Below are positions 50,033 through 59,125 of a DNA stretch of 64,000 bases, piece after piece. Positions within the stretch are counted from its first letter, which is position 1; the number at the start of each line of letters is the position of its first letter. Below the pieces are notes generated by a model. It was given only the letters and a program-made list of their open reading frames with translations, made no database searches and had not been told where the DNA came from. This stretch comes from a virus (taxonomy: Duplodnaviria > Caudoviricetes), in IMG/VR virus record IMGVR_UViG_2654587505_000001, positions 32,001-96,000 of that record, one strand, 5' to 3'. The position numbers and the translations under genes were made by a program.

Positions 50033-50266
50033 CTATATATCATTTTCACCAATAGTGTCAATCCAAGTTACATTTAGTTTTTTAACAACTATGGGTAAAA
50101 TTTCACCACTGGTTGTATGTATGTTTCCCTCAAGGAGATGAATTCTCTTGCTGTTTAATATGTCTGATGTTGTTTGGATTGCTTCTTCATGGTTTGTGCA
50201 TTGAGTTGGATGATAAATAAAGAACTCAACTTTACCCCAGACAGTTACGGTTCCTTCTGTTTTCAT
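50033..50266 (-). CDS. Hypothetical protein, possibly SOS-regulated
   Basis: RBS GGAG; resembles 61625..61840. Confidence 0.6.
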   Translation of the reverse strand: MKTEGTVTVWGKVEFFIYHPTQCTNHEEAIQTTSDILNSKRIHLLEGNIHTTSGEILPIVVKKLNVTWIDTIGENDI

Positions 50267-50322
50267 GCAATCATCTCCGATTCTTTAAAGTAAAATTTGT
50301 GAGTATTGTAATAACTGACTTT

Positions 50323-50362
50323 ATTTTACCATATTCTCTCTAAAAAAGCAAACGCTTGTTCC
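50323..50362 (-). promoter_or_regulatory. SigA promoter overlapped by a LexA (Cheo)-like box
   Basis: Minus strand TTGCTT-N17-TAAAAT; GGAAC-AAGC-GTTTG versus consensus CGAAC-N4-GTTCG. Confidence 0.45.
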
Positions 50363-50553
50363 CTTATTTTTTCTCAAATTTTAAAAAATAATTAAATTTT
50401 TTGGCTATTCGTAAAATATAGTAGAATCTTAGATTATAACTTTAACAATTTTATTATAAAATCGTAAAATATAGTGTAATAATCTCCTTGAATTTGTTAT
50501 AATTAGTAGTTTGATAAGAATCATATTGTTCGTTAATTAAAGGATGGTGTATA

Positions 50554-50754
50554 TTGATAAAACTATTATTAGCAACGGTAATAACAATTTTAGGATCAAT
50601 AGCAATTTTGACTTTTGTAAAGCCGTCTAAAAAAGAGTTGGAAGCAGAAGCATTTGAAAATTTTGAAAAAGCAAAAAAAGAATTGTTCGATGCAATTGTT
50701 AAAACGTTTAAATTAGATATTTTTGTCGAATGGTTAAGTGAAAAACTAAAATAA
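50554..50754 (+). CDS. Small membrane protein
   Basis: N-terminal TM LLLATVITILGSIAILTFV. Confidence 0.55.
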   Translation: MIKLLLATVITILGSIAILTFVKPSKKELEAEAFENFEKAKKELFDAIVKTFKLDIFVEWLSEKLK

Positions 50755-50801
50755 TTTAGTTTCATAATTCGAAAGAAAAGATTCCAAAGGAATGAACAAC
50801 T

Positions 50802-50978
50802 ATGTCACTACTACAATTACCAAGTTTTAAGGAAATAGAACTACTACAAGAAAATGATACAGATATGCTATTTAAGGTGGAGCTTAGTTCTCCACCTAAA
50901 CGCTGTAAAAATTGCGGATTTAACAATCTTTACGAATACCCAATTTTTTTAAAGCAATATAATGAAAATAAAATATAA
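50802..50978 (+). pseudogene. Probable ISL3 transposase N-terminal fragment
   Basis: MSLLQLP.F......END.D....VE...PP.RCKNCGF..LY resembles an ISL3 N-terminus; truncated at 58 aa. Confidence 0.5.
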
Positions 50979-50995
50979 AAAATCAATTATTATTA

Positions 50996-51024
50996 TTGAC
51001 TTTATAGATATAAAGTAGTAAAAT
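50996..51024 (+). promoter_or_regulatory. Early SigA promoter with operator
   Basis: TTGACT-N17-TAAAAT; ACTTTATAGATATAAAGT. Confidence 0.7.
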
Positions 51025-51048
51025 TAAGGTAATACAAAGGAGGAAAAA

Positions 51049-51279
51049 ATGATGTTTGATTTTATTGTTGATAATAAAAAAGATAGAATGCACTGGAAAT
51101 TCCGCAGAATGGCTTTAGGAATAACACAAACTGAAATTGCTAAACATCTTGGATACGAAAAATACAATATTATTTCAATGTATGAAAATAATAAGAAGCA
51201 CTCAATGTCGGAAGATAAAATTGAAAAATATAAGCAATATATTATCGAAAAAGAAAAGGAAAAGAATTGTACTGGATGA
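51049..51279 (+). CDS. XRE HTH protein
   Basis: RMALGITQTEIAKHLGYEKYNIISMYENNK. Confidence 0.75.
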   Translation: MMFDFIVDNKKDRMHWKFRRMALGITQTEIAKHLGYEKYNIISMYENNKKHSMSEDKIEKYKQYIIEKEKEKNCTG

Positions 51280-51420
51280 TCTTGAATGTGGTAAAATTAA
51301 TATAAAAATATTCAGGTTTACGTGAAAAGGAAATAGTTAGAGATTAGTCTGTATGTTGTTGAACAACTTAAGAACACATTGAAAACTAAATAAAATTTCG
51401 TATTTTATAAGGAGGATAAC

Positions 51421-51636
51421 GTGAAGATTGAAGTAGGGGATATAATTTACGCACATAATAAACGCTTATTGGTGGTTCATGATCCATTTGAAAGTGAAAC
51501 AAATGAATATCCGTTCTTGCTAATTGACTTGGATAAATTCGAAGTTAACAACGGATGGTCTACACTGGATTCGATGGGGAAATCATTTAAAATTGATCGA
51601 GTTCTAAATACTTATGAGGTTGTACTAGCCAAATAA
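51421..51636 (+). CDS. Hypothetical protein
   Basis: Bounded by palindromes at 51390 and 51633. Confidence 0.6.
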   Translation: MKIEVGDIIYAHNKRLLVVHDPFESETNEYPFLLIDLDKFEVNNGWSTLDSMGKSFKIDRVLNTYEVVLAK

Positions 51637-51668
51637 AATTTGATTTTATAGGGAAGGAAGAGAAAAGA

Positions 51669-52016
51669 ATGGAATTATGGATCAACTGTATCTATGTTCA
51701 TAAAAGTGAGGAAGGTAAGTGGGCAGCAACACTTATTTGGGACTCAATACAAAAAGTTGAATCCAGAAAAGAGCAAGGATATGTACGTGGGGATTTTAAA
51801 GGAGAAATCCAAACTCAGTATTTTGAAGATACATTAACAAAAGCAGTAGATATGGTTTTGGAAGTTGCAAAATACATGAATATAACAGAAGAAGTAATAT
51901 CTAAACCGAAAATTTATTATACAGAAGATGATGAATTGCTGAGTAATTTTCCTTGTTCAGATGATGATAAACGAGAAATCGAACAAGAAAATATTAAACG
52001 AGGTTGGATACGATAA
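51669..52016 (+). CDS. Hypothetical protein
   Basis: Bounded by palindromes at 51633 and 52013. Confidence 0.6.
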   Translation: MELWINCIYVHKSEEGKWAATLIWDSIQKVESRKEQGYVRGDFKGEIQTQYFEDTLTKAVDMVLEVAKYMNITEEVISKPKIYYTEDDELLSNFPCSDDDKREIEQENIKRGWIR

Positions 52017-52054
52017 AACACGGAATTTATTGGAAGATTTGAGGTGCGATATTC

Positions 52055-52312
52055 GTGAAACCGGAATCCATGATAGGGAAACTTGTTGAAATAACCGATG
52101 AAGATTCTGGATGGGCAGGAAATTGGGGATTTATCAGAGCTTGGGACGGTCAAGTATTTCATGTTTCTGGTGGATCAATTCCTGAATCACAACACCCAAT
52201 ATTCGATAGAGACCAATTTAAAGTCCCAAGAAAATTGGACGCATATTTTAAAAAGGGTTGGCTTAAACTCGATGTCAATATCACATCTGATGGACGAGAG
52301 ATAAGGAAGTAA
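52055..52312 (+). CDS. Hypothetical protein, paralog of 41030..41305
   Basis: Full-length similarity visible by eye. Confidence 0.7.
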   Translation: MKPESMIGKLVEITDEDSGWAGNWGFIRAWDGQVFHVSGGSIPESQHPIFDRDQFKVPRKLDAYFKKGWLKLDVNITSDGREIRK

Positions 52313-52325
52313 AGGAGGGTTTTAA

Positions 52326-52574
52326 TTGAGAATTGGATACGGAATGGATGAAGATGAAATTGTAGTACATACCAGAGAAAGATTCTTACATGAAGTGGCG
52401 AGGATAGTAAAGAAAAAAACTCTTGTAAATACAGTCAAAAAGAGTTGCGAGGCATATCAGAAGGGAATATGTTCAGAATGCATTGAAGATGTGGAAAAAG
52501 GCAAAGATGAATTATCTTATGGTTGTTTAGCGGCTTGGAAATTAACAATAGGTAAGGGTAGAAAAATCATTTGA
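52326..52574 (+). CDS. Hypothetical protein
   Basis: RBS AAGGAGG. Confidence 0.55.
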   Translation: MRIGYGMDEDEIVVHTRERFLHEVARIVKKKTLVNTVKKSCEAYQKGICSECIEDVEKGKDELSYGCLAAWKLTIGKGRKII

Positions 52575-52590
52575 TTGATGAGGTGAAAAA

Positions 52591-52788
52591 GTGAAGGTTT
52601 ATATTGTAACGTACTGTTCTCCATATGCGGAATATAACAATCAGATTTCGATTAGAAAAGCATTTACATCTGAATCTGCTGCGAAACAATACATTGAAAA
52701 AGAAAAGGAATATGACATAAAGCAAGCCGGGAACAATTGGATTGGAAATTATGATATCGAAGAAATTGAACTGGAAGATGGCGAATAA
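52591..52788 (+). CDS. Hypothetical protein
   Basis: MKVYIV...AF.SE..AK.Y...YDIEEIEL small phage-type protein. Confidence 0.6.
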   Translation: MKVYIVTYCSPYAEYNNQISIRKAFTSESAAKQYIEKEKEYDIKQAGNNWIGNYDIEEIELEDGE

Positions 52789-52794
52789 AACACA

Positions 52795-53112
52795 TTGAAG
52801 GTGAATTGTAAATTGGAATATACACTCACAAGAAATGGAAATAGGAATGTAATATTGATTAGACTTGGTAATGATGAAAAATTAGACGAATCTATTCAAG
52901 CAACATTAAATGAAATTAATGATAATACTGGAACTTATCGCATGTATGTTACAAAAAAAGTAAGAAACGAGGAAAGAAATTATAACTATAACGTGGCTTA
53001 TGGGTATTACAGAAGGGATGATTCTAAAAAAGGATGGACACATAAAAGTGGTAAAGAGATAACACTTGATGAATTTATTAAAATCAGAAATGAAAAGCAG
53101 ATAAAAAACTGA
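52795..53112 (+). CDS. Hypothetical protein
   Basis: ORF in array. Confidence 0.5.
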   Translation: MKVNCKLEYTLTRNGNRNVILIRLGNDEKLDESIQATLNEINDNTGTYRMYVTKKVRNEERNYNYNVAYGYYRRDDSKKGWTHKSGKEITLDEFIKIRNEKQIKN

Positions 53113-53133
53113 TTTTGAGAGGAGAAGTGAATT

Positions 53134-53334
53134 ATGCATGATTTGAAAGAGACTATTTCAAGATATGAATCAACACTCGTTCGAAAGAAGAATTTAGTAA
53201 AACCATTTCATTTTAGAAAGAGTAAAGGTGAAGATCTAGACATAAGTGAACATACAAGAATGCTGATACTGGAAGCTGAAATTCAACAGTTAGATGAGAT
53301 AATCGAAGATTTGAAATATATAGTAAGTCGATAA
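53134..53334 (+). CDS. Hypothetical protein
   Basis: Bounded by palindromes at 53101 and 53331. Confidence 0.55.
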   Translation: MHDLKETISRYESTLVRKKNLVKPFHFRKSKGEDLDISEHTRMLILEAEIQQLDEIIEDLKYIVSR

Positions 53335-53370
53335 AAGGATTAATTTTATCGGAAGGGAAGGTGATTTGAA

Positions 53371-53568
53371 ATGAAATTGTTTCAAGTACAAATTTGTTGC
53401 AGTTACGACGAAGATAGCGTGGATTCTAGACTAATCGTAGCAGAAGACAAAGAGTCAGCAGAAAATAAAATGAAAGAAATTTATGATGACTTTATGAGAT
53501 ATTTTCAGTGGGTAAACGCTGTAGAAATCAATGAAGTCGATGGTTGGAAGATTACAATAAGCCGATAA
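53371..53568 (+). CDS. Hypothetical protein
   Basis: Bounded by palindromes at 53331 and 53565. Confidence 0.6.
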   Translation: MKLFQVQICCSYDEDSVDSRLIVAEDKESAENKMKEIYDDFMRYFQWVNAVEINEVDGWKITISR

Positions 53569-53605
53569 AAGAGTTGTTTGATCCTATTTAAGTGGGTGGA
53601 TAGAG

Positions 53606-53848
53606 TTGCACAAATTGAAAGATATCATTCAGATGAGCGAAGAAGAAATTATTGATTACCATGATAAACATATGATTAATTATTCTTATGGTGGAGATTT
53701 CTTCGTAAATGAGTTTTATCGAAGGCAGCAAGAAAAATCTACAAAAGCAATTGAAGATATGACGAAGAAAATGCTCGACTACACAAAAATTATGACGGTG
53801 CTTACAGTTGTTAATGTAATTTTGGTGGTAGTTACAATGTTTAAATAA
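53606..53848 (+). CDS. Small protein with C-terminal TM
   Basis: IMTVLTVVNVILVVVTMF; bounded by palindromes. Confidence 0.6.
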   Translation: MHKLKDIIQMSEEEIIDYHDKHMINYSYGGDFFVNEFYRRQQEKSTKAIEDMTKKMLDYTKIMTVLTVVNVILVVVTMFK

Positions 53849-53881
53849 AACCTGAATTTCATATGAAATGGAGGTTATTAA

Positions 53882-54301
53882 ATGTTAAAGGATTTGGATA
53901 TTGAAGAAATTCAAGTTTTCTTTCGTGACTTGCTTTCAAAAGATACTGGAAAATTTCAATTAGCACAAATTTATGGAATGGCAAAAGCATGGCAAGAACA
54001 GAGAGAAAGAGAAGAATTAATAGAAAAACAGATCGAAAGAAGAACTCGTAGAATTATTAAAACAATAATAATTTCGGATGATTTAGCAATTGTTGAAGCA
54101 GAAGTTACAATCAATAATTCAAAAGAAATATCGTATTACCCTGTTGTTAATGGTAAATTTCATAGCGAATCAAGAATGACTTTTGACGAAGCATTACTTC
54201 TTGGTTTTTGTAGAAAATATAATAATGAACGTTTTGATTTGGCAATTTATAATATGCTGAGAATGGATTTGAAACAACGGGAGAATTTCAATAAAAACTG
54301 A
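53882..54301 (+). CDS. Hypothetical protein
   Basis: RBS GGAGG. Confidence 0.6.
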   Translation: MLKDLDIEEIQVFFRDLLSKDTGKFQLAQIYGMAKAWQEQREREELIEKQIERRTRRIIKTIIISDDLAIVEAEVTINNSKEISYYPVVNGKFHSESRMTFDEALLLGFCRKYNNERFDLAIYNMLRMDLKQRENFNKN

Positions 54302-54333
54302 CTTTTTACGGAAAATTAGAAGGAGGAAGAAGA

Positions 54334-54548
54334 GTGCTTAAAAAAGGTGATTGTGTGTGTTTAACTACAGATAATCCACATGGAGGACATCTCCTCAAAG
54401 GTGACAAAGGAATTGTCAGGGCGGTCATAATGAAGAGGTAGCAGTGGAATTTCCTTTTGAGTTTCATGATAGCCATGATTGCGATGGTTATGTTAAAAGC
54501 GACAATGGGTGGTACATAAATGTAAAACATCTTCACAAAATCGGATGA
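54334..54548 (+). pseudogene. Frameshifted small gene (SH3-like)
   Basis: GTG after AGGAGG reads LKKGDCV...KGDKGIV, continues in another frame as VAVEF...HDCDGYVKSDNGWYI to TGA 54548. Confidence 0.5.
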
Positions 54549-54587
54549 AAGTTCATTTTCATGGGAAGTTCGGGAGGGGGTTTGTCA

Positions 54588-54872
54588 ATGAGACAGGTGG
54601 AATTGAATAAAGCAGCACGAAAGATTGCAAAAGCCAATACAGCGCTATGGGAAGCAATCGGATTAATTAACGAAGCACTTTCCGATGAAACGATTACAAA
54701 GGTACTGGAGGCGTCTAATGATGAAGACATGACATCAATCGAGAAGCTTGCTCTAGCATATGAAAAAATCAATAAAAAGTATGATGGATTTATCAATGCT
54801 AGTATGCATGGTCGCGATTTAGATGAATTTGACGAATTAACTAGCAGAATTTCAGAAATAATTGAAGGGTAA
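54588..54872 (+). CDS. Hypothetical protein
   Basis: RBS GGAGGGG. Confidence 0.55.
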   Translation: MRQVELNKAARKIAKANTALWEAIGLINEALSDETITKVLEASNDEDMTSIEKLALAYEKINKKYDGFINASMHGRDLDEFDELTSRISEIIEG

Positions 54873-54910
54873 TAAAGTTCACTTTCATTAGGAGAAGGAG
54901 GGGTTTTGAA

Positions 54911-55207
54911 ATGAAGACATTTGAAATGAGATTAATTGATAAAAACACTGGTGAAGAAATAGCAAAACAGACGTTTACAAATTCAGAAGGTACAAATATT
55001 AAATCAGGTAACGAACAAAAACTTCCCATGATTTTTGAGATTCGCGGTGACTTTACCATTTACAAAGAGTTTAATGTGGGTAAACCTATTCGTTTTAAAG
55101 CAGATGGAATCGATGAAGAAGTAAAGTTGATTGATATGACAAATGAGATGATCACCATTGAGACATCTTTTGAGGTCGGTAAAAAATTACTTCAAAAGTA
55201 CATTTAA
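54911..55207 (+). CDS. Hypothetical protein
   Basis: RBS AAGGAGG. Confidence 0.6.
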   Translation: MKTFEMRLIDKNTGEEIAKQTFTNSEGTNIKSGNEQKLPMIFEIRGDFTIYKEFNVGKPIRFKADGIDEEVKLIDMTNEMITIETSFEVGKKLLQKYI

Positions 55208-55250
55208 AATTAAAATAAAAAAATCCATTTCATAAGAAGAGGTGAAAAGT

Positions 55251-55418
55251 ATGAATGACTTTAAACAGTATTATATTGATAGAATTATTAATTGCGCTAT
55301 TGAAAACAAGCTGTATGAATATACGATTGAAAAGCTAGAGTGGAAAACGGAGAATGAGTTGATTGCAATTTGGGATAACCTAAGATGGAATTATGGGGAT
55401 TTGACTAAGTTAAGATAA
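55251..55418 (+). CDS. Small hypothetical protein
   Basis: Not in track; 55 aa; RBS GAGGTG; stop in boundary palindrome. Confidence 0.5.
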   Translation: MNDFKQYYIDRIINCAIENKLYEYTIEKLEWKTENELIAIWDNLRWNYGDLTKLR

Positions 55419-55560
55419 AAAGTTTCATTTTGATAATTTATTCGCCGCACACTCGTGACTTTAGTCATGAGTAAGGCGAATACATATGTTAAATACAATT
55501 AATCGTTAAACCCCTATAAATATTGACATATGTCAAATACATATATTACATTTATATTGG

Positions 55561-55967
55561 GTGAAAAACGTGGAAATAAAACATGGTAGGGGTTATGTTT
55601 ATTCATTGCAATATCATATTGTATGGTGTGTAAAATATCGAAGAAAAGTGATTGTCGATCAAATAGAAACAAGATTAAGGGAAATGCTAAAAGAAATTGC
55701 AGATTCAAATGGGTTTACGATTATTACTCAAGAGACTATGCCAGATCATATACATTTACTTATCGATTGTTCGCCCCAACATTATATACCAATATAATAA
55801 AAGCACTAAAAGGTAATACAGCAAGATTTTTATTTAAAGAATTCCCTTCCCTTAAATCCAAGTTATGGGGAGGACATTTATGGAACCCATCATATTTTGT
55901 TTCAAGTGTTAGTGATACCACTAAAGAAACAATTGAAAAATATATCAATTCGCAGAAAGAGAGGTGA
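55561..55967 (+). pseudogene. tnpA: IS200 TnpA (Y1 HUH transposase), frameshifted
   Basis: YHIVWCVKYRR, PDHIHLL in one frame; LKGNTAR...LWNPSYF...KYINSQ in another; apparent 1-nt loss near 55790. Confidence 0.85.
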
Positions 55968-55973
55968 GACATC

Positions 55974-57062
55974 TTGCAAAAGGCATATAAGTTTAGAATA
56001 TATCCAAATAAGAAACAAATACAACAAATAAACAAAACTTTTGGTTGTTCTCGTTTTGTATATAATTATTTTCTAGATAAACGAATTAAAATTTATGAAG
56101 AAAACAAAGAAACTTTGTCTTATGGCAAATGTTCATCTATCTTAACTATATTAAAGCAGGAAAAAGAATGGCTCAAAGAAGTGGATAAGTTTGCATTGCA
56201 GAATTCATTAAAAGATTTAGATCGGGCATATCAAAAATTCTTCAAAGAAAAAACTGGATTTCCTAAATTTAAATCTAAACATAATAATAGACAGTCTTAT
56301 CGAACTAATTACACGAATAATAATATTGAAATAAATGAAAATAAAATAAAACTACCTAAACTCGGATGGGTTAAATTTGCAAAATCCAGAGAAGTTGAGG
56401 GTAAAATATTAAATGTAACTATAAGTAAAAATCCAAGTGGAAAATATTTTGCATCTTTTTGTTGTGAAGTTGAAATTGTACAGTTACCAACTTCAGACAA
56501 TAAAATTGGACTAGATTTAGGTATTAAAGATTTTGTTATCAGTTCAAATGGAGACAAGATAGATAACCCAAAACATTTAATTAAATCTGAACAAAAATTA
56601 AAAAATTTACAACGGTCACTTTCACGAAAGAAAAAAGGAAGCAAAAATAGAAATAAAGTAAGAATCAAACTTGCAAAGCAGCATGAAAAAATTTCTAATC
56701 AACGATTGGATTTTCTTCACAAACTGTCAACCAAACTTATTAGCGAAAACCAAGTAATTTATTTGGAAGATTTGAAAGTGAAGAATATGCAACAGAATGA
56801 GCGCTTGGCTAAAAATATAGCAGACGCATCTTGGAGTAAGTTTAGGAACATACTTGAATATAAAGCAAAATGGTATGGAAGAGAAGTAAAGATACTTGAT
56901 CGATGGTTTCCATCCAGTAAAACGTGCTCTTGTTGTGGATTCAAAAATGAAAAATTAACATTGGATATTCGTGAATGGACATGTGAAAATTGTGGTGAAA
57001 ACCATGATCGAGATATTAATGCTGCGGTAAATATCCTTCAACAGGGATTAAAGTTAGCGTAA
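55974..57062 (+). CDS. tnpB: TnpB RNA-guided nuclease
   Basis: KAYKFRIYP, RuvC GLDLG / YLEDL / DRDINAA, Zn finger CSCCG...CENC. Confidence 0.95.
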   Translation: MQKAYKFRIYPNKKQIQQINKTFGCSRFVYNYFLDKRIKIYEENKETLSYGKCSSILTILKQEKEWLKEVDKFALQNSLKDLDRAYQKFFKEKTGFPKFKSKHNNRQSYRTNYTNNNIEINENKIKLPKLGWVKFAKSREVEGKILNVTISKNPSGKYFASFCCEVEIVQLPTSDNKIGLDLGIKDFVISSNGDKIDNPKHLIKSEQKLKNLQRSLSRKKKGSKNRNKVRIKLAKQHEKISNQRLDFLHKLSTKLISENQVIYLEDLKVKNMQQNERLAKNIADASWSKFRNILEYKAKWYGREVKILDRWFPSSKTCSCCGFKNEKLTLDIREWTCENCGENHDRDINAAVNILQQGLKLA

Positions 57063-57181
57063 CAAAATTAACCGTAGGAACTACGGGGATAGCTTGCTAA
57101 TTCTATTCTCATTAGAGAATATGGCGCAAGAATCCCGCGACTTTAGTCGTGGGAGGTTCAATGGAAGTGAGAGAATGCTTG
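57063..57181 (+). ncRNA. Predicted TnpB omegaRNA (3' scaffold plus flank-derived guide)
   Basis: ACCGTAGGAACTACGG hairpin and right-end hairpin; guide would begin TGGAAGTGAGAGAATG; 5' end uncertain. Confidence 0.55.
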
Positions 57182-57408
57182 AAAATATGATTAATCAATT
57201 AAGTGACGAAGATCTTGAAAAATGTTTTTTAGAAATCGTTGAATGGCGGGAAAGCGGAGTTCTTCAAATGTATAGCATTATTCGTAAACAATGGGAAGAA
57301 TTTAAACAAAAATCCGGAATTGATACATTCCCGATTCATATGATGAGTGAGCCAATTTTGTTTGAGATTGCAAAACGTAAATATAGGGAAGAAGGGATTA
57401 ATGTATGA
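57175..57408 (+). CDS. Hypothetical protein
   Basis: ATG just after the IS right end. Confidence 0.55.
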   Translation: MLENMINQLSDEDLEKCFLEIVEWRESGVLQMYSIIRKQWEEFKQKSGIDTFPIHMMSEPILFEIAKRKYREEGINV

Positions 57409-57590
57409 GCAAACTAATTGGTCACTATAAGAGTAGAACAGGATTCTATCATGCAATTGATAATGGAAGCGATAAGACTTATTGTGGTCTTAGGGTCGCA
57501 GATAATCCTAAGAGAAATTATCCGTATAGTACAAGAGCATGGATTGATTGTGATAAGTGTAAGAAGAAAATACCTGACGATGATGAATAA
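57405..57590 (+). CDS. Small Zn-binding protein
   Basis: H...TYCG...CDKC; ATGA overlap with the previous gene. Confidence 0.55.
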   Translation: MSKLIGHYKSRTGFYHAIDNGSDKTYCGLRVADNPKRNYPYSTRAWIDCDKCKKKIPDDDE

Positions 57591-57647
57591 CGATAAAAAG
57601 ATTCTTTTATCTGGATAAAAAAGGAGGAGAAAAATAAAATAAAATAT

Positions 57648-58316
57648 ATGGAAGAAAAGAAAATTGAGTATAAAAAATGTATAAACAAAAATTGTTTAAA
57701 TCCTTGGTTACCGAATACAGAAGAATTTTTTTACGGACAATGGTTTACTTACGCTAAAGGAAGAAAAGTGTATAAATTAAATACAGAATGTAAAGAGTGT
57801 AGGAAAAAGAGATCATTAAAATGGAAACATGATAACCCAGAAAAGAGAAAAGCAAATGACAGGAGATTTGATTCAAAGCCTGAAAGAAAAGAGGTGATGA
57901 GGAAGGCTGCAAAAAAGCAAAGGTTAGAAGGAAAACAAAAGGAATGGAGACAAAACAATCCTGATCGAGTCAGTCTCCATAACGAAAAAAGAAGACTTCA
58001 TAAAAATCACAAAATAAAACAATCAGAGTGGGATGCTTGTAGATTATATTTTGATTATCGTTGTGCTTATTGTGGTATGAGTTATGAAGAACATTATGAA
58101 ATATACAAACAAGACCTTCATAAAGAACATGTTGACGATGATGGCGCTAATGATTTAAGCAACTGTATCCCATCTTGCAGAAGTTGTAACAGTCAAAAAT
58201 GGGAATTTGAATTTGAAGAATGGTATAATAAGAATAATCCAAATTATTCCGAGGAAAGATACAACAAAATAACGAAGTGGTTAGATGAGGACTGCAAAAA
58301 GTACATAATAAAGTAA
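57648..58316 (+). CDS. HNH endonuclease
   Basis: RCAYCG...HKEHV...GANDLSNCIPSCRSCNSQK. Confidence 0.85.
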   Translation: MEEKKIEYKKCINKNCLNPWLPNTEEFFYGQWFTYAKGRKVYKLNTECKECRKKRSLKWKHDNPEKRKANDRRFDSKPERKEVMRKAAKKQRLEGKQKEWRQNNPDRVSLHNEKRRLHKNHKIKQSEWDACRLYFDYRCAYCGMSYEEHYEIYKQDLHKEHVDDDGANDLSNCIPSCRSCNSQKWEFEFEEWYNKNNPNYSEERYNKITKWLDEDCKKYIIK

Positions 58317-58356
58317 AGTTCCAATAATATAACGGTTTTATCGGAGGTGAAGATGG

Positions 58357-58563
58357 TTGTATAAAGTGGTGATGTGGCGGTACGGATGCAGGTATATTGA
58401 AGAAGTTGATACGTTAAAAGATGCAGAATTTTTTGCTGAATATATGGATGAAGCTTTTGTTGAATACATCCTTGATGAACAAGATGTCATCGTGAATGAC
58501 TACAAAAAGCATGTAATTGGAGTTTGGGAGAACAGACAGGGTGAGAAGTATATATTTAAATAA
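58357..58563 (+). CDS. Hypothetical protein
   Basis: Bounded by palindromes at 58324 and 58560. Confidence 0.55.
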   Translation: MYKVVMWRYGCRYIEEVDTLKDAEFFAEYMDEAFVEYILDEQDVIVNDYKKHVIGVWENRQGEKYIFK

Positions 58564-58591
58564 AACGATGATTTTATAAGGAGGATTAAAG

Positions 58592-58849
58592 TTGGGATTT
58601 ACTGAAGATTACATGATGAAACTTAATAATTGTAATGTTATAACTGTTTTAATTGGAAGCGGAGAATTTCTAGATTATGATACAAACGAAGTTTATACAA
58701 TTCATAATATCAAACTACCATTTACTTCAAATGGCAAACATATTTCTGTCTATTCTCAGAAAGCTGGTTTCGAAGATGTACTTGAAAATAGAGAATACTT
58801 TGACGGTAAGATTTTAAATTTTACGTGTACTAAAGTAGAACATTGGTAA
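58592..58849 (+). CDS. Hypothetical protein
   Basis: Bounded by palindromes at 58560 and 58855. Confidence 0.55.
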   Translation: MGFTEDYMMKLNNCNVITVLIGSGEFLDYDTNEVYTIHNIKLPFTSNGKHISVYSQKAGFEDVLENREYFDGKILNFTCTKVEHW

Positions 58850-59125
58850 AACAAATAAAATGACGATTTTAAAGTAAATTTAATATTAAGTGAAAAATAT
58901 AGAAAACTATTGAAAATAAACTTATTACATGCTAATATATGACTAAGGAACAAATTAATTGCAGACTACATTTGATAAATAAAATAAATATTATATAAAA
59001 CATAGGTTTTCACAAAGAATATACATATTTTCGTGTCTTTTTGGCATGGAAAGATGTATATTTTTCTTTTATAATGGGTTATAATGTAATTGTAATCAAA
59101 TCAAAATATAGTTAATTTAGAAAGG

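Larger units (their letters stand above)
55435..57161 (+). mobile_element. IS200/IS605-family element (tnpA + tnpB)
   Basis: Left hairpin CTCGTGACTTTAGTCATGAG (~55452); right hairpin CCCGCGACTTTAGTCGTGGG then TTCAA; target motif TTGAT at 55430-55434. Confidence 0.9.

Noticed and set aside
55780-55800. Programmed frameshift in tnpA
   Set aside because: No slippery heptamer, and IS200 tnpA is normally one ORF; a 1-nt deletion or sequencing error is more likely
57094-57174. N-terminal extension of ORF 57094..57408
   Set aside because: It is the IS right end read in frame; the likely start is ATG 57175
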